This document shows, in pieces, positions 13,395-19,610 of a DNA stretch of 19,610 bases (its first letter is position 1; the number at the start of each line of letters is the position of its first letter). The notes under the pieces are model-generated. The model did not search any database. It saw only the letters and a program-made list of their open reading frames with translations, and was not told where the DNA came from. The translations under genes were made by a program, and so were the position numbers. The DNA is taken from NCBI GenBank assembly GCA_041694835.1, contig JBGFRZ010000027.1, positions 1-19,610 of the forward strand. The letters run 5' to 3'. The stretch is from Ignavibacteria bacterium (GTDB lineage Bacteria > Elusimicrobiota > Endomicrobiia > PHAN01).

Positions 13395-14918
13395 ATGATA
13401 TGGCATCTGACATTAATAATTTTATCAGGAATCCTTCTTGGATTTTCTTTCCCGAATTTTAATTTTTGGTTTTTTGCGTATTTTTTCTTGCTCCCGCTGT
13501 TTTATCTCGCGAATAAGAAAAATTACCTTACGACTTTCATATCGGGATTTTTCTCGGGGGTTCTTGGTTACTCGATAACTTTATACTGGATTTATCCGAC
13601 GGTTTATGAAAACACCTCGTCTGTCTTTCAAAGCGCTCTCTCGCTTTTTCTGATATCGGGATATCTCTCGCTTTATTTAGCAGCATATCTTATTGCGCAC
13701 AAGTATTGTCTTTCGAAGACGCCTTTGGCGGACGTTGTGATTTTATGTGCGGCTTCGTCCTCTGTTTGGATTGCGCTGGAATTTGCCCGCTGCCGCCTTT
13801 TTACGGGATTTCCATGGGCGATGCTTGGATATTCCCAGTGGAATTTTTTGCCCATTGTTCAGCTCTCCGAATACACCGGGGTTTACGGCGTATCTTTTTT
13901 TATTGTGTTTTTCAACCTGACTGTTTTTGGCATAATCAAAAAACGGGGCGGTGCTGCGTATTTCAATTTTTTGCCGATAATTCTGTTGCTTGCTTTCGGC
14001 GGTGTAAAAATCGCATCATATAGAAGCGACTCCAAAAGTTCATTGGAAAAAAAGATTAAAGGCTCGTTGAATCTGGCTGTTATTCAACCGAACATAGACC
14101 AGTATAAAAAATGGAATCCTGTTTATCAGTCGGAGACTTTGAAAAAAATAGAAAGCCAGATTTTATCGGTTTCATCCAGAAAACCCGATTTGATACTCTG
14201 GCCCGAGACATCAATAGTGGAAAATCCTATGTCGCCGTGGCTTAGAAAAACGATACAAAACAGTGAAAGTTTTAATGTGGTCGGCACATTTTGGGAAAAT
14301 GGCGGAAAGATATACAACTCGGCGGTTATGTTTGACCCTAAAGGAGATATAATAAACATCCACAGGAAGACGCATCTTGTGCCTTTTGGAGAATATGTTC
14401 CTTTCAGGTCTATCCTTGAGAGATATTTTGATGTTTTTAATTATATGGGCGATCTGAATAGAGGCGACAAAAATACCGTAATGTCCTTGGGCGATGTCGA
14501 TTTCAGCGTTGTTATATGTTCAGAAAACTTTTTCGGGCATAAGGTGAGGAAATTTGTAAAAAACGGCGCCGGGATGGTTATGGTTATTTCAAACAACGCA
14601 TGGTTTGGAAAAACATCGGCGGCTTTCCATCACTTCACATTCAATGTTTTCAGGGCGGTTGAAACGAGAAGATTTTTTGTGCAGTCGGACAATATCGGAA
14701 TATCGGGCATTGTCTCTTCCGAAGGAAAAATTCTGCATAGAACATCTGACTGGAAAGATGATTTTTTTGTGGAAGAAGTGCACGCCAAAAGTGGAAATAC
14801 ATTTTATGTTAATTACGGAGATGTTTTCGCTATCTGCTGCATATTGTTTTCTTTTGGCGTTATTTTTTTACCAGGAAAAATGGAGGGAGTATGCTGTCGG
14901 AACTTAAACAAAGAATAG
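13395..14918 (+). CDS. lnt: Apolipoprotein N-acyltransferase
   Basis: Multiple TM helices, FTGFPWAMLGYSQ, IQPNI, LILWPET (catalytic E), KTHLVPFGEYVP (K), VICSE (C) and SNNAWFG. Confidence 0.96.
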   Translation: MIWHLTLIILSGILLGFSFPNFNFWFFAYFFLLPLFYLANKKNYLTTFISGFFSGVLGYSITLYWIYPTVYENTSSVFQSALSLFLISGYLSLYLAAYLIAHKYCLSKTPLADVVILCAASSSVWIALEFARCRLFTGFPWAMLGYSQWNFLPIVQLSEYTGVYGVSFFIVFFNLTVFGIIKKRGGAAYFNFLPIILLLAFGGVKIASYRSDSKSSLEKKIKGSLNLAVIQPNIDQYKKWNPVYQSETLKKIESQILSVSSRKPDLILWPETSIVENPMSPWLRKTIQNSESFNVVGTFWENGGKIYNSAVMFDPKGDIINIHRKTHLVPFGEYVPFRSILERYFDVFNYMGDLNRGDKNTVMSLGDVDFSVVICSENFFGHKVRKFVKNGAGMVMVISNNAWFGKTSAAFHHFTFNVFRAVETRRFFVQSDNIGISGIVSSEGKILHRTSDWKDDFFVEEVHAKSGNTFYVNYGDVFAICCILFSFGVIFLPGKMEGVCCRNLNKE

Positions 14919-15977
14919 AGAAACTAAGGGGGTTTCTTTGAGATAGAAAAAAAGAATATCGAGATATCAGAACTTGAAAAAGTTGTGACGCTTCCGGATT
15001 TTTGGAACGATTCCACCGCCGCTAAAAAGACGATGCAGAAACTTTCGCTTTTGAAATCGGCGGTTGAAAACTGGAAAAAGTTGAATTCAGAAGTCGATGA
15101 TTTGATAACACTTGAGGCGCTTGCGAGGGATGAAAATGACGAAAAAACACTTTCTCAGGTTGTGTCCGAAACTGAGTCGTTGAAAGCGAGAGTCAAAGAT
15201 GTCGAGGTCGAAACCAAGTTATCCGGAGAATCAGACGCGTTAAATGCGATAGTCTCCATACATGCTGGCGCCGGCGGAACCGAGTCGTGCGACTGGGTCC
15301 AGATGCTTCTGAGAATGTATATAAGATGGTCGGAGAGGAAGGGATTTAGTGTGTCAATAACCGATATTCTTGCAGGCGATGAGGCGGGAATAAAAGGCGT
15401 CACTTTCGTCGTAAGCGGGAGATATGCTTATGGGCTCCTTCAGTCGGAAATCGGCGTCCACCGTCTGGTTAGAGTTTCTCCTTTTGATGCCAATAAAAGA
15501 AGACATACATCTTTCGCATCTGTGGACGTGATACCTGAAGTCGAGGATCCCCCCGAAGTAAAGCTCGAGGAAAAAGATTTGCGAGTCGACACTTATCGCT
15601 CGTCTGGCGCCGGCGGTCAGCATGTCAACAAGACCGATTCTGCCGTCAGAATGACTCACCTTCCGACAGGGCTCGTTGTTCAATGTCAGGCTGAGAGGTC
15701 TCAGATAAAAAACAGGGCTATGTGTCTTAAACTTCTCAAAGCGCGTCTATACGAAGTCGAAATGGAAAAAAGAAGGGAGGTTAGAGAAAAGCACTACGAC
15801 GAAAAAGGCGATATCGCATGGGGGAGTCAAATACGTAGTTATGTTTTTATGCCGTATCAACTTGTCAAAGACCACAGAACATCCGCTCAATCGCCACGGG
15901 TTGATTTGGTTATGGATGGGGAAATCAAAGATTTTATAGAAGCGTATCTTGACTGGAAAATTTCAAAGAAACACTGA
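14891..15977 (+). CDS. prfB: Peptide chain release factor 2, expressed by programmed +1 frameshift (join 14891..14938, 14940..15977; 361 aa)
   Basis: SD GGAGGG then ATG 14891, MLSELKQRIEKLRGFL, with AGGGGG-TTT-CTT-TGA. The +1 frame continues EIEKKNIEISELEKVVTLPDFWND. SPF and GGQ motifs are present. Confidence 0.97.
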
Positions 15978-16002
15978 AAATTTACTATAATGAGTGGGAG
16001 CA

Positions 16003-17514
16003 ATGGAAGAAAATAAACAGTCGCAGCCTACGCATCCGATAGAGGAACTTATAAATCAACGTCTTAAAAAAGTTGAGCAGATGCTATCCTATAACGTCAG
16101 TCCTTATCCCACGGGTACCTGGAAACCCAATTCCAGCAGTTCTGCAATAATTTTGAACCATTCAGGCATATCTCATGGCGAGGAAAAAAAAGATGCGCTC
16201 GTGAAAATAGCGGGGAGAATAACTTTAAGAAGGGTCATGGGAAAGGCGAGTTTTTTCGATATTACGGATTCCTCCGGAAGGATACAGGTCTACATAAAGC
16301 AGAATATAGTCGGCGACGGGAAATACAAATTTTTTTCGGAACTCATTGATATAGGCGACATCATAGGCGTTGAGGGGTATGTTTTTAGAACGAAAACGGG
16401 TGAACTTACGGTTTCCGCTCAGGACATCGTTTTGCTTTCAAAGTCGCTGAGGCCCCTTCCCGAGAAGTGGCATGGACTCAAAGACCCTGAGGTAAGGTAC
16501 CGTCAGAGATATCTCGATCTGATAAGCAATCCGAAAGTGATGGAGACATTCAAAAAAAGAATAAAGATAATCGAAAATGTCAGAGAAACTCTTGGTAAAA
16601 AAGGTTTTTTGGAAGTTGAAACACCTATGATGCAGTCTATCGCGGGTGGAGCGCTGGCGAAACCGTTCGTTACACACCATAACGCCCTTGACACGAATTT
16701 GTATCTGAGGATAGCGCCAGAACTTTTCCTGAAACGCCTTCTTATAGGTGGTTTCGAGAAGGTTTTCGAGATAGGGAAGAGTTTCAGGAACGAGGGTATA
16801 GACAGAAGACACAATCCGGAATTCACCATGGTTGAAATCTATCAGGCATACGCCGATTACAGAGATATGATGGATTTGTGTGAAGATATCACAAGGACAG
16901 CTGCTCTCTGCGTCAATCCCGCTCTCGGCTTTGAGTTTGAAGGGAAGGCGTTCAATTTAAGTAGGCCGTTCAAAAAAATATCCCTTTTCGAGTCGTTAAG
17001 AGAAAAAACAGGATGCAACTTCGAGGATGTTTTAAAAAACGGGAATCTCCCTGATGAGGCGAAGAAGCTCGGTGTAGATGTGTCCGAAAAAACCCCACAC
17101 CACAAGATTCTTGACGAAGTTTTTGACAACTATGTTCAGCCCGAGCTTGTTGAACCCACTTTCATATACGACTATCCCGCGCAATTTTCTCCTCTCGCAC
17201 AGGTCAAATCCGACAATCCCTTCTTTGCGGAAAGATTCGAACTTTTTATCGCGTCTGAAGAGATAGCAAACGCCTACTCCGAGCTGAACAACCCTCTTTT
17301 ACAGAAAGAGAAGTTTGTAGTTCAGCAGAAGATGAAAGAGGAGGGCATAGATGACGAGGCTGCGTCGTATGACAGCGATTACATCACCGCTCTTGAACAC
17401 GGAATGCCTCCCGCCGGCGGTCTCGGCATCGGGCTCGACCGACTTGTCATGATTCTTTCGGGGGCTCCTTCGATTCGCGAAGTGATACTCTTCCCGACTT
17501 TGAGAGTGGAATGA
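16003..17514 (+). CDS. lysS: Lysine--tRNA ligase (class II)
   Basis: LRPLPEKWHGL, RYRQRYLDL, YLRIAPELFLKRL, FRNEGID..HNPEFT and GMPPAGGLGIGLDRLVM. ATG 16003 follows SD GGGAG; GTG 15994 is the alternative start. Confidence 0.98.
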   Translation: MEENKQSQPTHPIEELINQRLKKVEQMLSYNVSPYPTGTWKPNSSSSAIILNHSGISHGEEKKDALVKIAGRITLRRVMGKASFFDITDSSGRIQVYIKQNIVGDGKYKFFSELIDIGDIIGVEGYVFRTKTGELTVSAQDIVLLSKSLRPLPEKWHGLKDPEVRYRQRYLDLISNPKVMETFKKRIKIIENVRETLGKKGFLEVETPMMQSIAGGALAKPFVTHHNALDTNLYLRIAPELFLKRLLIGGFEKVFEIGKSFRNEGIDRRHNPEFTMVEIYQAYADYRDMMDLCEDITRTAALCVNPALGFEFEGKAFNLSRPFKKISLFESLREKTGCNFEDVLKNGNLPDEAKKLGVDVSEKTPHHKILDEVFDNYVQPELVEPTFIYDYPAQFSPLAQVKSDNPFFAERFELFIASEEIANAYSELNNPLLQKEKFVVQQKMKEEGIDDEAASYDSDYITALEHGMPPAGGLGIGLDRLVMILSGAPSIREVILFPTLRVE

Positions 17515-18713
17515 TTCCCTCTCATTTCCGATCTGTTAAAAACGAGGCGACAGTGAAAATTGCATGGATTAAAACAGAACTTTATCTTGCATCAAGATAT
17601 CTCTCTATAAAAAAGAAAAGTTTTTTCAACATGCTGACGATAGCCATATCTGTGGGAGGCGTGGCGCTGGGTGTAGCTTCCCTCATCGTCACCCTTGCTA
17701 TCATGAGCGGATTTCAGGGTGAGATACGGGAAAAGATACTCGGTTACAATCCTCACATAATAATGTTTTATCCGACGAGCGGTCCTGAAATTGAAAAATT
17801 GAAAAATGTAGATGAAATATCGCGATACTATCCATTTGTCCTGGGACAGGCGATGGCCCAGTCGAGGCATGGAACCACGGGTGTCGTAATAAAAGGGCTC
17901 GACGACGGCACCACAGCGGATTTGAGCGACGATGGAATATCCCTCGGCAAAGAGATTGCAAAAACCCTTGGGGCTGGCGTTGGCGATGAAGTGCTTTTGT
18001 TTTACAGCTCAAAATATGAGTTCGGCTTCATGCCGAGAATAACGAAAGCGAAGGTTTCAAAGTTTCTCGATAGCGGCATGTTTGATTACGATTCTTCAAT
18101 GGCGCTGACAAAACTGAAAAAAGCGAAAGAAATACTTCAGCTCGGCGAAAAGGATTTTACCGGCATCGGCGTAAATTTAAAAAACGCGGACAAGGCTTCG
18201 GCCGTATCAAGGAAGATAATCGCCGAAATACCTTACGCACAACTTAGGACGTGGAAGCAGATGAACAGGACTCTTTTTGAAGCGCTTAAACTGGAGAAAA
18301 TAATGATGTTTATAGTGCTCGCTCTTATCGTCATCGTTGCCGCGTTTAATATAGTATCCAATCTTGCTCTTTTCGTGTCTCAAAAATCAAAGGACATAGG
18401 GATATTAAAATCTATGGGAGTGACGAGATGGGGAATTTCAAGGGTGTTTGTATATATCGGCACCATCCTGGGAAGCTTTGGTATCGTGCTTGGAAGCTTT
18501 GTCGGAATAGCGGTGTCCTTTATTTTGAAAAAATATGATATAATAAAATTGCCGGCCGATGTATATTTTATATCGAAACTGCCGGTGAGGATGGAGATAT
18601 TCGATATATCTTGGGTAATTGTCGTAAGTTTTCTTATTACACTCTTGGCGACTGTCTGGCCGTCCTATAAAGCGGGGAAGATGAATTCCGCCGATATTTT
18701 GAGGTATGGATAA
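17511..18713 (+). CDS. Lipoprotein-releasing ABC transporter permease (LolC/LolE family)
   Basis: ELYLASRYL, ISVGGVALGVASLIVTLAIMSGF, WKQMNRTLFEALKLEK, IVAAFNI, KSKDIGILKSMG and YFISKLP. The true start may be GTG 17553 after GAGG. Confidence 0.92.
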   Translation: MIPSHFRSVKNEATVKIAWIKTELYLASRYLSIKKKSFFNMLTIAISVGGVALGVASLIVTLAIMSGFQGEIREKILGYNPHIIMFYPTSGPEIEKLKNVDEISRYYPFVLGQAMAQSRHGTTGVVIKGLDDGTTADLSDDGISLGKEIAKTLGAGVGDEVLLFYSSKYEFGFMPRITKAKVSKFLDSGMFDYDSSMALTKLKKAKEILQLGEKDFTGIGVNLKNADKASAVSRKIIAEIPYAQLRTWKQMNRTLFEALKLEKIMMFIVLALIVIVAAFNIVSNLALFVSQKSKDIGILKSMGVTRWGISRVFVYIGTILGSFGIVLGSFVGIAVSFILKKYDIIKLPADVYFISKLPVRMEIFDISWVIVVSFLITLLATVWPSYKAGKMNSADILRYG

Positions 18714-18822
18714 TTTTATTTCCGAGTGTAGTATGGTTTGAATTTTTATTCGCTTCACTCACACCAGGTTAAATAACTCCGATTGGTCTGGCAAAGCGGG
18801 AAGGTGAATTCATTTTTCTCTT

Positions 18823-19479
18823 ATGCTTTTTGAAATAAATAACCTATCGAAGACATATTACGACGACGGGATGCCTATCACGGTTTTGCGCGGTATTACC
18901 ATGGATATTGCCCGCGGCGAATTTATCGGCATAATGGGACCCTCCGGCGCCGGCAAGAGCACTTTTTTGCACATACTTGGACTCATGGACGCGGTTTTTG
19001 ACGGAAATATAAAATTCGAAGGTTTGGATATAACTAAACTCGACGATTCCGAAAAAAGCGGGATTTTAAGGAAAAAGATAGGATTTCTTTTTCAGTTCCA
19101 TTATCTAATAAACGAACTGAATGTTTTTGAGAATGTCGCCCTGCCTCTGCGACTTATTGGAGACTACAGGGCGGGGAAAATCGACGCGCTCCTTGATTCA
19201 CTTGGCGTAGTTGAGAAAAAAAACTTCTATCCACACGAGCTTTCAGGCGGAGAGCGTCAGAGGGTTTCACTTGCAAGGGCGCTCATAAAGGAGCCCGAGG
19301 TTCTTTTCTGCGATGAGCCGACGGGCAACCTCGACACCGCTAACGGCGATATCGTTAAAAACCTGCTCCACCAAAAATTCAGAGAGAAAAAATTTACAAT
19401 GCTTCTTGTGACTCACAACCCGGAGCTTTGCGAAATGGCTGATAAGACTATACATATGCTCGACGGCAGAATAACATAG
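18823..19479 (+). CDS. lolD: Lipoprotein-releasing ABC transporter ATP-binding protein (LolD-like)
   Basis: Walker A GPSGAGKST, GFLFQFHYL (LolD-type motif), LSGGERQRV, DEPTGNLD and VTHN. Follows the LolE-like gene. Confidence 0.88.
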   Translation: MLFEINNLSKTYYDDGMPITVLRGITMDIARGEFIGIMGPSGAGKSTFLHILGLMDAVFDGNIKFEGLDITKLDDSEKSGILRKKIGFLFQFHYLINELNVFENVALPLRLIGDYRAGKIDALLDSLGVVEKKNFYPHELSGGERQRVSLARALIKEPEVLFCDEPTGNLDTANGDIVKNLLHQKFREKKFTMLLVTHNPELCEMADKTIHMLDGRIT

Positions 19480-19491
19480 TGAAAAAGTGTA

Positions 19492-19610
19492 ATGAGAGCG
19501 TTGAAAAACCCTCTTTAGTTCTTTGAAATAATTCTCGTCGGTAAATCCGACGATAAAACATTTGCATTTTCTCTCCGGAATTGCTATAATATTTCTGACG
19601 AAAACAAATA
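19492..19610 (+). mobile_element. Right copy of the 119-bp inverted repeat; probable IS end running off the window
   Basis: Reverse complement of 3..121 (118/119). Starts ATGAGAGCGTTGAAAAACCC 12 bp after the lolD stop. Confidence 0.6.
19562..19590 (+). promoter_or_regulatory. sigma70-type promoter pointing out of the window (rightward)
   Basis: TTGCAT (19562..19567), 17 bp, TG-n-TATAAT (19585..19590). Palindrome TCGTCGG-taaat-CCGACGA at 19535..19553. Confidence 0.7.

Noticed and set aside
14985..15977. prfB as an N-terminally truncated gene or pseudogene
   Set aside because: Explained by the programmed +1 frameshift from ATG 14891.
18714..18822. 109-bp gap between the lolE-like and lolD-like genes with weak pairing (ATTCGCTTC..CCAG / CTGG..GAAGGTGAAT)
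   Set aside because: The pairing is too imperfect to call a structure, and it matches no other repeat family in the window.
1..19610. Linear plasmid, phage or other element with terminal inverted repeats
   Set aside because: The content is core chromosomal housekeeping with no replication, terminal-protein, capsid or recombinase genes.

Overview
A 19.6-kb stretch of a diderm bacterial chromosome (lnt plus LolE/LolD-type genes) with almost all genes on the + strand. The left half holds accessory and metabolic genes: an exported HEAT-repeat protein, a MoaD/SAMP-like ubiquitin-fold domain fused through its GG motif to a YccU-like CoA-binding domain, a DUF2721 membrane protein, a YfcE-type phosphoesterase, an iron-sulfur flavoprotein, a DUF192 lipoprotein, a short AmmeMemoRadiSam radical SAM enzyme, and an AT-rich pair (TPR protein plus PD-(D/E)xK-like protein). 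The right half is housekeeping: DUF4321, maf, a SurA-N protein (- strand), a cold-shock protein, then secA-lnt-prfB (programmed +1 frameshift)-lysS-lolE-like-lolD-like. The most striking non-coding feature is a 119-bp inverted repeat (118/119 identical) bracketing the whole window. Each copy has an IS-like end and a near-consensus sigma70 promoter pointing outward. Degenerate copies of the same end motif bound MITE-like elements inside the window, one with a 5-bp direct repeat. Four intergenic regions are packed with nested palindromes of several different families. All family assignments come from motif recognition by eye; no searches were run.
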